A stretch of 33,220 nt of DNA, taken from Bacteroidota bacterium (GTDB taxonomy: Bacteria > Bacteroidota > Bacteroidia > Chitinophagales > Chitinophagaceae). Positions 23,569 to 32,336 of this stretch are shown here, piece after piece. Position numbers and translations under genes: made by a program. Position 1 is the first letter of the stretch. Every line of letters starts with the position of its first letter. The notes below the pieces were generated by a model. That model searched no databases and was not told the DNA's origin. It worked only from the letters and a program-made list of their open reading frames with translations. The stretch lies in the NCBI GenBank assembly GCA_023426425.1, contig JAFAAT010000108.1:1-33220 (forward strand). Direction: 5' to 3'.

Positions 23569-24336
23569 CTATAGATCCTTTTTCCGGAAAATTCTGACAG
23601 AAAGGATCAGCGGAATAAGGATCCAAAACAGCATGCAGCATACAGAGAATATACTTCCTGTGGCGGATCCCAGGAACTGCTTGAACAATGCACCGGAATA
23701 GCCCATCAATACAGCTACATCGAGTTGCAGGAGCATCAGAACTCTTGCAAGGTCGATGGGGTTGAAGGCGATGATGCCAATCACTGCCTGGTCGATGGGG
23801 TAGTCGCTGAAGGAATAGATGAAGGCGATGAGCAGGCCGTCGAAGAGCAAAGTGAAGAACAGGGCTGTAATGAGTGCAATGCCTATGCCTTTGGTTTTGT
23901 CTTTCGACCTGACGAAGATGAGCAGTGCAAGAGACGAGAAGATGAGCGTCAGAAGAATTCCGGTAAGAACCAGAATCAGAGACTCAGTGCCTGAAACAAG
24001 AAATAGTAGCGGAATTCCTACGCCTACTGCGTATGCTGCTGAAAGTGAAAATGCTACGCCGATAAATTCTGAGAGCAGCACCTTTTGTCTTTTGATGGGT
24101 TGTGACAGCAGTAGTTCTGTGAATTCCACTGAGTTGAAGAAGTAGATGGTGGAGAACAGGATGGTGATGATGGGTACGAAGAGCAGTGTGACGTTTAAAA
24201 GGCTGAGCAGACCTTTGGCAGGGTTTTCATCGATATTGAGCACGCCGAGAGAGAGAACAATCAGCAGAATGGTATAGACGAGGATTGTCCTGTTGCGGAA
24301 AAGGTCGAGAAGTACGTATTTAACTATGGTTTTCAT
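23569..24336 (-). CDS. nosY: NosY, ABC-2 type permease of the Nos maturation transporter
   Basis: 255 aa with 6 TM helices. ATGA overlap with the nosF stop. Last gene of the nos operon. Confidence 0.85.
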   Translation of the reverse strand: MKTIVKYVLLDLFRNRTILVYTILLIVLSLGVLNIDENPAKGLLSLLNVTLLFVPIITILFSTIYFFNSVEFTELLLSQPIKRQKVLLSEFIGVAFSLSAAYAVGVGIPLLFLVSGTESLILVLTGILLTLIFSSLALLIFVRSKDKTKGIGIALITALFFTLLFDGLLIAFIYSFSDYPIDQAVIGIIAFNPIDLARVLMLLQLDVAVLMGYSGALFKQFLGSATGSIFSVCCMLFWILIPLILSVRIFRKKDL

Positions 24337-25064
24337 TGCTGGCTAAGTCTTGATTCGGGCAGTTGAGTTTGTATGACCTGTGCGATAACCCTGTTCAGGC
24401 GTTCTTCACCGGTAGTGCGTTTAAGTTCGTCAACTGATTTATAGAACATGAGGTTTCCGTCCTGCAGGTAGATGATATCGCTGGCGATACCTTCCAGGTC
24501 GCTGAGGACGTGAGAGGTAATCAGGATCAGTTTGCCTGCTGCGCGCTCTTTGATCATTTTATCTTTCAGGAGCTCACTGGAGACAGGGTCGAGGCCTGCG
24601 GTTGGTTCATCGAGGATGTATATTTCCGGAGAAAAGAGGAAGGCCAGGGATGCGCTTACTTTCTGTCTTGTGCCACCGGAAAGGCTTCGCATGGTTTTGT
24701 GTTTCATTTTGTTGAGGCCAAACCCATGGATCAGCTCTTCGTCATAGGAAGTATGTAAGGGTCTCAGCTCTTTGATCAGGTTGATTACCTGCTCAATGGA
24801 CATGTTATCAGGATAGCGGCCAATCTGGGGCATGTAGCCGATTTTAGACCGGTAGCCCCAATCTGATTTGACTACGTGGCCATTGATGGTAATGGTGCCT
24901 TTTTGTGGAATGACGAGACCAAGGATTGACTTGATCAGAGTTGTTTTGCCGGAGCCATTGGGGCCAAGCAGTGAAATCGCCTGCCCCTGTGACATTTCGA
25001 GGTTGATATTGTCAAGGGCGGTGAACTTGCCGAACTTTTTTGTTAGTTGCTCAATTTTGATCAT
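24333..25064 (-). CDS. nosF: NosF, ABC transporter ATP-binding protein
   Basis: Walker A GPNGSGKTT, signature LSGGTRQK, Walker B ILDEPTAGLD. Start set to ATG 25064, which forms an ATGA overlap with the nosD stop. The ORF track start at 25073 is GTG. Confidence 0.9.
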   Translation of the reverse strand: MIKIEQLTKKFGKFTALDNINLEMSQGQAISLLGPNGSGKTTLIKSILGLVIPQKGTITINGHVVKSDWGYRSKIGYMPQIGRYPDNMSIEQVINLIKELRPLHTSYDEELIHGFGLNKMKHKTMRSLSGGTRQKVSASLAFLFSPEIYILDEPTAGLDPVSSELLKDKMIKERAAGKLILITSHVLSDLEGIASDIIYLQDGNLMFYKSVDELKRTTGEERLNRVIAQVIQTQLPESRLSQQ

Positions 25065-26293
25065 AGTTTCCACATTTTCATCTTCGGCTTCTCATCCTTT
25101 AGCTCATCGGGTATGACGCTTGGCATTACTTTCTCAACCTGGTCCATGATGTTGGTAAGAAAGCTGCGGTAGAGAATCATTGCAGTGGGAATGCGCTCGG
25201 AAATTACAGAATATATGCTGACGGGGTAGTAGGGGATGTCGCCTGTGCCATCACGGTTAAGGTCATATCCGTCGTATTTATCCCAATAGTTATTGGTGAA
25301 AGTGTTGAGCATCATGGTTCCGTTTGTGGCTACGTCGAATGAGTTTCCCAGGAAGTTGTTTTTCTCAAAAGTGTTATCTGAGCAACTGGCCTGAATTCTC
25401 ATTGCCCAGCCGTTTTCACTGAATGTGTTCCAGGCGACATGAATCCTGTTGGTGCCTTCCATGAAGATAGCCACAGTGTTCTTTTGAAAGGTGTTGTACT
25501 CAATTCTGCTGTCCGAAATTTCCTTAAGCAATATGGCGTATGATGCATCTCCCCAGTTGTTGAAGAAATTATTGCGGTACATGGTGATGCCTTTCGTGTA
25601 CATTACGGAAACGCCGGCGCCGTTATTTCTGAAAGTGTTGTAGCTATAGGTGTCATTGTGAGAGAACATAAAGTGCAGACCGTACCGGATGTTGTCGAAT
25701 GAGTTGTTTCTGTGTACCAGAGACTCTGTCACGAACTCAAAATAGATTCCGTCGCGATGTTTAGAGACTGAGTTATTCCTGATGAGGAGGCTGTTGCATT
25801 TCCAGGCGTGTATGCCATTGCCTGCTTTTAGTTCCGTTACTGCGTCTGAAGTGATCGTATTTCCTTCTATGGTACAATGGGTGCTGTTTTGCAGGTAGAC
25901 GCCGTACGTGGTTTCGAATATCCTGCAATCTTTAACGGTTACGTAGGAGACGTTCTGAATTTTGATGCCAGCCATGTCTACCATGCCACTGTGTCCGGTC
26001 CTTCTGATTTCCAGTCCGCTGATCAGAACATTTCGTGCTGTGACAAAGAAGATCTCGTGTTTTTTCTGCCCGTCAAACACGGGATATTCTTCGCCCAGGA
26101 TGGTGATACTTTTGTTGATGTTGATGTCGTACTGGTTGTAAATTCCCTTAGTGATTTTAATTGTGTCGCCATTGCTGGTTTTGTTGATCAGGTTTTGAAG
26201 ATTGTCTTTAGGGGTGGCGATCAGTGTGGCAGCCGAGGCATGCGTACATGCCTGCGTCAGTAGCAGGGAAAGAAGAGTGAAGAGTCTATACAT
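25061..26293 (-). CDS. nosD: NosD, periplasmic parallel beta-helix copper-maturation protein
   Basis: Start trimmed to ATG 26293 (MYRLFTLLSLLLTQAC signal), 1 nt after the nosL stop. Repeated beta-helix units (IxxNxI/F..N motifs such as IEGNTITS, IRNNSVSK, HRNNSFDN, YRNNFFNN, EYNTFQKN). Confidence 0.9.
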   Translation of the reverse strand: MYRLFTLLSLLLTQACTHASAATLIATPKDNLQNLINKTSNGDTIKITKGIYNQYDININKSITILGEEYPVFDGQKKHEIFFVTARNVLISGLEIRRTGHSGMVDMAGIKIQNVSYVTVKDCRIFETTYGVYLQNSTHCTIEGNTITSDAVTELKAGNGIHAWKCNSLLIRNNSVSKHRDGIYFEFVTESLVHRNNSFDNIRYGLHFMFSHNDTYSYNTFRNNGAGVSVMYTKGITMYRNNFFNNWGDASYAILLKEISDSRIEYNTFQKNTVAIFMEGTNRIHVAWNTFSENGWAMRIQASCSDNTFEKNNFLGNSFDVATNGTMMLNTFTNNYWDKYDGYDLNRDGTGDIPYYPVSIYSVISERIPTAMILYRSFLTNIMDQVEKVMPSVIPDELKDEKPKMKMWKL

Positions 26294-26294
26294 G

Positions 26295-26714
26295 TTATTG
26301 AATATTTTCCCAGCTGGTAAAGCTGATTCCCAGGCTGTCTGCAATAGGAGCTCCATCTTCTTCGGAGGAAAAGGCGGCATAGTTGCCGTTCATTGGACTG
26401 CGGAAGAAGTCGTGCTTGAGGAATTTGGCGGTCTTTGCGTCAAGCATGCCATCTGTTTTGTTATGGTAGTCTTCTACAAAGAGCAGGTCATTTGGTGATG
26501 GTTCGAGTGTTGATATAAACTGCCTGAGGCAGGTGATATCATCAAACTTGTAGACTTTGCCTTTGGCGTCTACCATTTCAGCGCCATATCTTTCGTCCAT
26601 GATCGTCATCCGGCAATGTGCGCAGGCGTCCTTACCATAGTTGACCGGTTCAAATTTTCTGGAGCAGGAGACTAGCAAAAGGCATGCGGTAGCAACGATA
26701 AATAGATTTTTCAT
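26295..26714 (-). CDS. nosL: NosL, copper-chaperone lipoprotein
   Basis: 139 aa. Lipoprotein signal LLVSCS, motif CAHCRMTI, and a size and position typical of NosL. Confidence 0.85.
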   Translation of the reverse strand: MKNLFIVATACLLLVSCSRKFEPVNYGKDACAHCRMTIMDERYGAEMVDAKGKVYKFDDITCLRQFISTLEPSPNDLLFVEDYHNKTDGMLDAKTAKFLKHDFFRSPMNGNYAAFSSEEDGAPIADSLGISFTSWENIQ

Positions 26715-26738
26715 TCGAGCTGGTTTTAGATGAGCAGG

Positions 26739-27338
26739 TCAGGTTGCAATAGTACGAGACTTTGCGATTCTTCCTCTTCGCCATTCGTAGAAGCTGATGC
26801 CGACCAGGATAATACCGGCGATGATGAAGAACCAACCGCCGATGTCTGGCTGGGAAAGTGCTTCAAAATTCAGCATTTTTTTATAGCCGATGAGTGGAGG
26901 CTGGTATGCCATGCCGGGTACTTTGATTGGTGCAGTGGGATCGAGGTTGTGACCGTATTCATATTCCCACCTCCAGAAGTCGTACATAGAGGCGCCGGCA
27001 ATGATCAGGAACAAGGCGGTCCAGATATAGTAGCCAATTTTCCGGTTCCAAAGAAATACACCTAATCCAAGCACGCAGAAGGAAATGAAAGCGATGGGCA
27101 GATAAATGAATTCTTTGAAGTCAGATTCTTTGATGGTGGCCATGCCGATGTAGTGGTTAAGGCCGTTGATGATTTCCACGTCGCCGGAGAGGTGGTCAAT
27201 CCAGATGTTCATATAGATGCCTTCGGGATACTGAGGTGCGGCAAGGTCTATTCGCCACATTGGGAAGAACCATAGCATTGCGATACAGGCGATCACAAAG
27301 AACACGCTCAGCCGACCCGGCATACTTAGTTTAGTCAT
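26739..27338 (-). CDS. NosB-like integral membrane protein
   Basis: About 199 aa from ATG 27338; the ORF track start at 27365 is GTG and ATG 27323 is an alternative. About 5 TM helices. Sits immediately downstream of nosZ, as described for clade II nos clusters. Confidence 0.7.
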   Translation of the reverse strand: MTKLSMPGRLSVFFVIACIAMLWFFPMWRIDLAAPQYPEGIYMNIWIDHLSGDVEIINGLNHYIGMATIKESDFKEFIYLPIAFISFCVLGLGVFLWNRKIGYYIWTALFLIIAGASMYDFWRWEYEYGHNLDPTAPIKVPGMAYQPPLIGYKKMLNFEALSQPDIGGWFFIIAGIILVGISFYEWRRGRIAKSRTIAT

Positions 27339-27399
27339 GGGAGTAAAATAATAATGGCAGTACACCTAAAGGAATAGTGTACTGCCATTGGGTTAAATA

Positions 27400-29382
27400 T
27401 TAGCGCTGTGCGACTGCTGCTGCTCCTTTAGTGGTATCAACACCCCATCTGAGAGGTACGTTACTGCCTTGAGGAGAGACCCTCATGTAGCCTTGCATTT
27501 CCTGATGAAGTGCAGAGCAGAAGTCTGTACAGTAGTATGGGTAGATACCAGCTTTTTTGGGTACGAACTTGAGGGTGACAGTTTCACCGGGCATGATCAG
27601 CAATTCAGCATTGTCGGCATGTTTGATGGCAAATCCGTGCGGGATGTCCCAATCCTGTTCGAGGTTGGTAACGTGGAAGAAAACAGAGTCTCCCACTTTG
27701 ATGCCTTCTATGATATCGGGTGTCAGGTGAGAGCGGATAGCTGTCATGTAAACGTGAACTCTATTGCCCTGGCGTTCTACCTTGGTTTCTTTTTCACCCA
27801 TTGCTACGTAAGGGTGTTTGTTTTTTGCGATATCGTAGATCTTGACACTCTTATCTTTAATCTTGTCCGCAAGAATCGCTTGTGCATAGTGCGGTTCTCC
27901 GAGGGTGGGGAAGTCAAGTAGAAGCTGCATTTTATCACCGTCGATAGCGTAAAGCTGGGCGCTTTGTGCAAGTTCCGGACCAGTGGGGAGGTAGCGGTCT
28001 TTGGTGATTTTGTTGTAGGCCATTACGTATTTGCCATAGGGAGCTTTGGTATCACCTCCCGGTACCATCAGGTGGCCGATGGAATAGTAGGTAGGCACCC
28101 TGTCAAGTACTTCGAGAGTTTTGATATTCCATTTTACGATTTCTGATGATACGAACATGGAAGTGTAGGCGTTCCCTTTGCCATCGAATTCTGTATGCAG
28201 AGGTCCGAGACCGGGTTTCTTAACCTCGCCATGTAATGCAGCTTCGTATTTGATTACCGGGATGCCGTGGTATTCACCTTCGAAAGCTTTGCTGGCAATT
28301 GCCTGAGTGAACTTCTGATAGGAGAATACTGGTATCAGGGCCGCCAGTTTACCGCTGCCTACGATGTATTCACCGGAAGGATCCACGTCGCATCCATGCG
28401 GGGACTTGGGGCAGGGGATGAGGTAGACGAAGTCTTTAAGCTCATTAGGGTCGAGTGTGAGTACTTCCCTGAGCACTTCGCTTGTTGCGGTGTGGGTTTC
28501 TTCATGCAGTGTATTGCGATAGTACTCGGTAGCCATCTTTTTTCCTCTGCCGGCTTTGATGTATTCTTCTGCTTTCTTCCAGTTGATAGCGACGATGAAG
28601 TCTTTATCTTTTTGAGAAGCGTTTACCTCCAGAAGATGGCTAGCCTGTTCTGTGTTGTAGGTTGAGAAGAAGAACCAGCCATGTGAAGGGCCCTTACCAG
28701 CACGGCTAAGGTCAAGATCCATTCCGGGGAGGATTACCTGGAAGGCGATGTCCATGTTGCCGTTGGTTTGATCTACGCTGATGAAAGAAACGGTGCTTTT
28801 GAAGTTTACTTTGAAAGAAGAGTCATTAATGGGAGCTTCTTTGTTGTCAATAGGGACAGCAAAGCGTGTACCAGCGATGACGTATTCTGTGTTTTCAGTC
28901 AGAAAAGGTGAGGAGTGGTTACCGGCGCTGTTTGGCAGCTCAAGGATTTGTGCAGTTCTGAAAGTGTTCAGGTCAATCCTCGCAACGCGTGGTGTATTGT
29001 TTGCATTGGCGAAGAGCCACCGGCCATCATGCTCGCCGTTGGTCTGAGACAAGGCGAGGTGGTGCTGATCGTCCCAGGGAATAAAGCCATGGGTGGATTG
29101 CAACATGGGCTTTGTCTCTTCATTGTAGCCCCAGCCGTTCTCAGGGTGTTGAGAGAAGACGGGTATTACTTTAAGTAATCTACCGGAAGGAATTCCGTAA
29201 ACCGAGACCTGGCCGTTGAAGCCCCCTGAGACAAAATTGTAAAATTCGTCGTACTTGCCGGGAGCGACATAAACTCTATCCGCGGCGTCGCCGCTTACCG
29301 CAGCTTCAGTCGTTTTCATCTTACAGCTCTGAATGGTACCTGCCATGACCAAAGCTGCAAGCAATAATGGAAACTTTTTCAT
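27400..29382 (-). CDS. nosZ: nitrous-oxide reductase NosZ, Sec-dependent (clade II type)
   Basis: 660 aa. N-terminus MKKFPLLLAALVMAGTIQSC has no twin-arginine motif. Beta-propeller region includes DGRWLFANANNTPRVARIDL. C-terminal cupredoxin carries CuA ligands in IPHGF...CTDFCSALHQEM. Confidence 0.95.
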   Translation of the reverse strand: MKKFPLLLAALVMAGTIQSCKMKTTEAAVSGDAADRVYVAPGKYDEFYNFVSGGFNGQVSVYGIPSGRLLKVIPVFSQHPENGWGYNEETKPMLQSTHGFIPWDDQHHLALSQTNGEHDGRWLFANANNTPRVARIDLNTFRTAQILELPNSAGNHSSPFLTENTEYVIAGTRFAVPIDNKEAPINDSSFKVNFKSTVSFISVDQTNGNMDIAFQVILPGMDLDLSRAGKGPSHGWFFFSTYNTEQASHLLEVNASQKDKDFIVAINWKKAEEYIKAGRGKKMATEYYRNTLHEETHTATSEVLREVLTLDPNELKDFVYLIPCPKSPHGCDVDPSGEYIVGSGKLAALIPVFSYQKFTQAIASKAFEGEYHGIPVIKYEAALHGEVKKPGLGPLHTEFDGKGNAYTSMFVSSEIVKWNIKTLEVLDRVPTYYSIGHLMVPGGDTKAPYGKYVMAYNKITKDRYLPTGPELAQSAQLYAIDGDKMQLLLDFPTLGEPHYAQAILADKIKDKSVKIYDIAKNKHPYVAMGEKETKVERQGNRVHVYMTAIRSHLTPDIIEGIKVGDSVFFHVTNLEQDWDIPHGFAIKHADNAELLIMPGETVTLKFVPKKAGIYPYYCTDFCSALHQEMQGYMRVSPQGSNVPLRWGVDTTKGAAAVAQR

Positions 29383-29406
29383 AGAAAATTGTGTGTGTGT
29401 GATTTA

Positions 29407-29901
29407 TTAGTTTTTACCGTCGTTAAATCTCATGAATTCGAGTACTGCTCTTGCTTCATCGTCGGATAGGTTTTGATTTGGCATACGTACCATACATACC
29501 TCCAGCATAGCCTGAGCTTCAGGATCTTTATCCAGCATTTCGTCTACATTAGTTACAAAGTTCATGATCCACTCTGGTGTTCTTCTGTCTGTTACACCTT
29601 TCCAGCCGGGACCGACGATGCGCTCTTCAGAGAGTTTGTGACAGGAGAGACATTTTACTTCCGATATCTGTTTTCCTTTAGCTACCATTTCCTGGTCTAA
29701 AGGATGGGTGAGCTCTACATTCTGGAATTTGCCGATGCCTTTCGGGTTAGCTTCCTGTTCCACAGGAACGCCGCTCACATCTCCAGGTTCTTTGAGAATT
29801 TCTGAGTTGCCTGCAGACTGCTCGTTTTCGTTTGAGCCTCCACAACTTCCGAAAGTGAATGCTGCCGTTAGTGTAATGAGTACGATTCCTTTAATGTTCA
29901 T
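29407..29901 (-). CDS. c-type cytochrome lipoprotein preceding nosZ (NosC-like electron donor)
   Basis: 164 aa. Signal plus FGSC lipobox, single CLSCH haem site, Met candidate in MVRMPNQ. Stop lies 24 nt upstream of the nosZ start. Confidence 0.85.
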   Translation of the reverse strand: MNIKGIVLITLTAAFTFGSCGGSNENEQSAGNSEILKEPGDVSGVPVEQEANPKGIGKFQNVELTHPLDQEMVAKGKQISEVKCLSCHKLSEERIVGPGWKGVTDRRTPEWIMNFVTNVDEMLDKDPEAQAMLEVCMVRMPNQNLSDDEARAVLEFMRFNDGKN

Positions 29902-29975
29902 AACAGGTGTTTTAATGAGTGAATAACTGTTTTGGTTTTATGATGTAAAATTCGTTTCTGGTATTCTGAGAAAAC

Positions 29976-29989
29976 ATGACTTGAGTCAT
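29976..29989. promoter_or_regulatory. TGAC-N4-GTCA palindrome (atgacttgagtcat)
   Basis: Perfect palindrome 74 nt upstream of the first gene of the nos operon. Confidence 0.55.
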
Positions 29990-29994
29990 AACCA

Positions 29995-30010
29995 ACGGAC
30001 AAAGTTGTCT
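29995..30010 (-). promoter_or_regulatory. RGACAA-N4-GTCCGT element (agacaactttgtccgt on the minus strand)
   Basis: Matches the 16-mers at 17540-17555 and 18546-18561 at all 12 outer positions. Same orientation relative to the downstream (nos) operon. Confidence 0.4.
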
Positions 30011-30221
30011 TTTTTGCGCCCTAATTTGATGATCTTTATCATTGACTCTCCTTCAACAAAATATTGCAAAACCTACAAAAAAACTATACCTGTGTTTGCT
30101 TAATGCTGCAGTCTGTGTTTCGTTAACTGACAGTCAATGCATTACAGGCATTAACGGCTTAGAGAAAGTTTTGTAACGGGTAACTGAGAATGGTTTTTAT
30201 GTCGCATCTGAAAACTCTTTC

Positions 30222-30461
30222 ATGAAGGTCAAGGTGTTATTTGCTGGTTTAGCAGTGTGCTGCATTACATCATGTGCAACTAATGATGCGAATACGGAAA
30301 GAAGCAATGAAGACTCAGCGAGCAGTTCTGTGATTAACGCTGAGGGTGCAGAGAATAATCCGTATAATCTTCCGGGTTCTGACACGGGAGCCATTCACGA
30401 GAATACAACTGAGCCAGGTGTACTGGATAAGGATGCGAGAGACAGTTCGGTTAGCCAGTGA
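30222..30461 (+). CDS. small hypothetical lipoprotein
   Basis: 79 aa. Signal MKVKVLFAGLAVCCITSC followed by a polar, disordered-looking tail. Divergent from the nos operon. Short length keeps confidence modest. Confidence 0.45.
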   Translation: MKVKVLFAGLAVCCITSCATNDANTERSNEDSASSSVINAEGAENNPYNLPGSDTGAIHENTTEPGVLDKDARDSSVSQ

Positions 30462-32208
30462 CCAACTGGGCGAGCTGGGAGTCCAGGCGTATCAGCTGCA
30501 TCTTAGATTGTGCAGTCGCTGGCAGTGATTTGTAGTATTCAATTCCTTGTTGGAGATTCGTCTTGAACAAGGCAAAGTGTTTTTTTTGTTTTTCCGTTAA
30601 TGGTGCACCACATTCTGCTATCTGGTTTCTCAGGTAGTCTATGTATAGCCCGAGCTCGTTGATGAACATATGCGCGCGCTCTAAGCTGTTACGGATGGAT
30701 GTTCTGCCATAAATATGATCCACCATCTGCTTCAGCGTAAATACTCCTGAAAAGTAGGCGAGGTTGGGGCCTGGGCAGATGGCGACAGCAGACATCTTAT
30801 GAGGTATGGGTATTTCGTTTTTGAGCCTGACAGATGCGGTAAGTCCTTCACAAAGACAATCCTTTTCCCCGATTTTTTCCAATGCTATTTCTAACTGGGC
30901 TCCGTTCAGGCCAGAATCCCTGAGCTGTTTTTCTTTAAGGTTCTGATACTGACGTGAGGCAGTACAAATAGGTAGTTCTGTGAACTCTGTATTGCTGGAG
31001 AGATATTTTTTGTAGCATGGACTTCCCGGCCTCTTCTTTTCTATCCTGGTTTTTCTTTGCGCTTCTGAGGAGCTGTGTCTGAAGTTGTGGAAAGGCACCC
31101 CAAGGGGGGAAGCATTGCTGAGGAAGAAGTCTTCCTTTTTCGCGCTTGCGAGCTGTGCGAGTGTAGCTTCATCTACATTAGTAGCTTCAGGCACGAGGAG
31201 AAACGGGCTCCCCCATCCAACACTATCGAGCTGGTACCAATCGAGCAGGAACCTGTGTTCCTGTGCAGTGCCGACACCACCCTGCGCGGTAAGCTTTTGT
31301 TGCGGCACCTGCCTGAAGGGACGGCGGCCTTTGTGAGTTAATGCTTCATTGCAGATCGTGTATAGTTCTTTGGTAAGGGCGGTGCGGTTTTCCCGGAAGT
31401 TTTCAAGTATTGGCCCCATAAGCAGGCCGTCGGTGGCGAATGCATGACCACCACAGTTTAGTCCTGATTCGATTCTGAATTCTGAGATCCACAAGCCCTT
31501 TTTAGCAAAGATCTTTCCCTGTACCAGTGCGGAGCGGTAGTCACTAACTTTCAGAATGATCTTTTTCTTCACCAGGCCGTTTTCATCAGGGTAGAAGTCG
31601 TCGAACTGTTCAGCATAGTTATACAGCCGTGGATTGTAGCCGGCGGAGAAGACAACTGAGGAGGTAAGTTCACTATTGGCAAATCCCCGCAACGCTGAAA
31701 GGGCATCTGAGAACTCATCCGGGAGTCTCTCACCTGTCCTGGTATAGCGAGGATTATCCACTTTAGCCATGATGTTTACATCTATGCTGCCAGCTACAAT
31801 ATATTTTCTAAGATGAAGCTGAAGGTCCTGTTTTTCGGTTAATTCGGGTAGTGCAAGCATCCGCAGGTACATCTTTTTTCCTGGTGCGTCTTCAGGCAAC
31901 AGTTCGAAGTACCTGGTAAGATCACTGTCTGGTTCGAAAGGCATAAGTTTCAAATCCAGCAGCTGTGCCTGGACAATGTCATTTACCAGGTTCAGGTAGG
32001 CAGTGATCCTTCTGGCGCGCGCGTCCGTCGCATCTTCCCTGATAGGCGTAAAAGGTACTCCATATACCCCGGAGTAGTGGCGACGCAGGTCATCAAGAAG
32101 TTCATCCTCAATAATCGAGATTACGGAAGAGATGCCGAACCGGGCGACTTTGATCGGAGTATCGATGCTAAAGCCAAGTCCGAGGACAGGTATATGAAAT
32201 GAATGCAT
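30451..32208 (-). CDS. conserved-looking 585-aa protein of unknown function, possible NPD/FMN TIM-barrel-like oxidoreductase with Cys cluster
   Basis: ATG at 32208. Segments ESGLNCGGHAF and TAQGGVGT...VGWGSPFLLVPEA loosely recall the (E/D)xGGH and GG-x-GT...GT-x-F-L-x-x-E motifs of nitronate-monooxygenase/FabK/PfaD-type enzymes. Five Cys in the C-terminal third (SPC, PIC, DCLCEG, AICPGP). Confidence 0.6.
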   Translation of the reverse strand: MHSFHIPVLGLGFSIDTPIKVARFGISSVISIIEDELLDDLRRHYSGVYGVPFTPIREDATDARARRITAYLNLVNDIVQAQLLDLKLMPFEPDSDLTRYFELLPEDAPGKKMYLRMLALPELTEKQDLQLHLRKYIVAGSIDVNIMAKVDNPRYTRTGERLPDEFSDALSALRGFANSELTSSVVFSAGYNPRLYNYAEQFDDFYPDENGLVKKKIILKVSDYRSALVQGKIFAKKGLWISEFRIESGLNCGGHAFATDGLLMGPILENFRENRTALTKELYTICNEALTHKGRRPFRQVPQQKLTAQGGVGTAQEHRFLLDWYQLDSVGWGSPFLLVPEATNVDEATLAQLASAKKEDFFLSNASPLGVPFHNFRHSSSEAQRKTRIEKKRPGSPCYKKYLSSNTEFTELPICTASRQYQNLKEKQLRDSGLNGAQLEIALEKIGEKDCLCEGLTASVRLKNEIPIPHKMSAVAICPGPNLAYFSGVFTLKQMVDHIYGRTSIRNSLERAHMFINELGLYIDYLRNQIAECGAPLTEKQKKHFALFKTNLQQGIEYYKSLPATAQSKMQLIRLDSQLAQLVTG

Positions 32209-32336
32209 AGTGTGCTTTGAAATTATTCACCGGAAAGGTGCTAAGTTCAAGGCTGCGACATCCACAAAACATGACGACGATCAGTAAAAAGATGAACTGT
32301 CGTTAGTCATTTGTTTTCGAAGTAGAATGTCAATGC

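Noticed and set aside
30031-30052. tttgatgatctttatcattgac as an FNR- or Crp-like site in the nos/lipoprotein spacer.
   Set aside because: The TGAT...ATCA arms are separated by 7 nt rather than 4, and the element has no second copy in the window.
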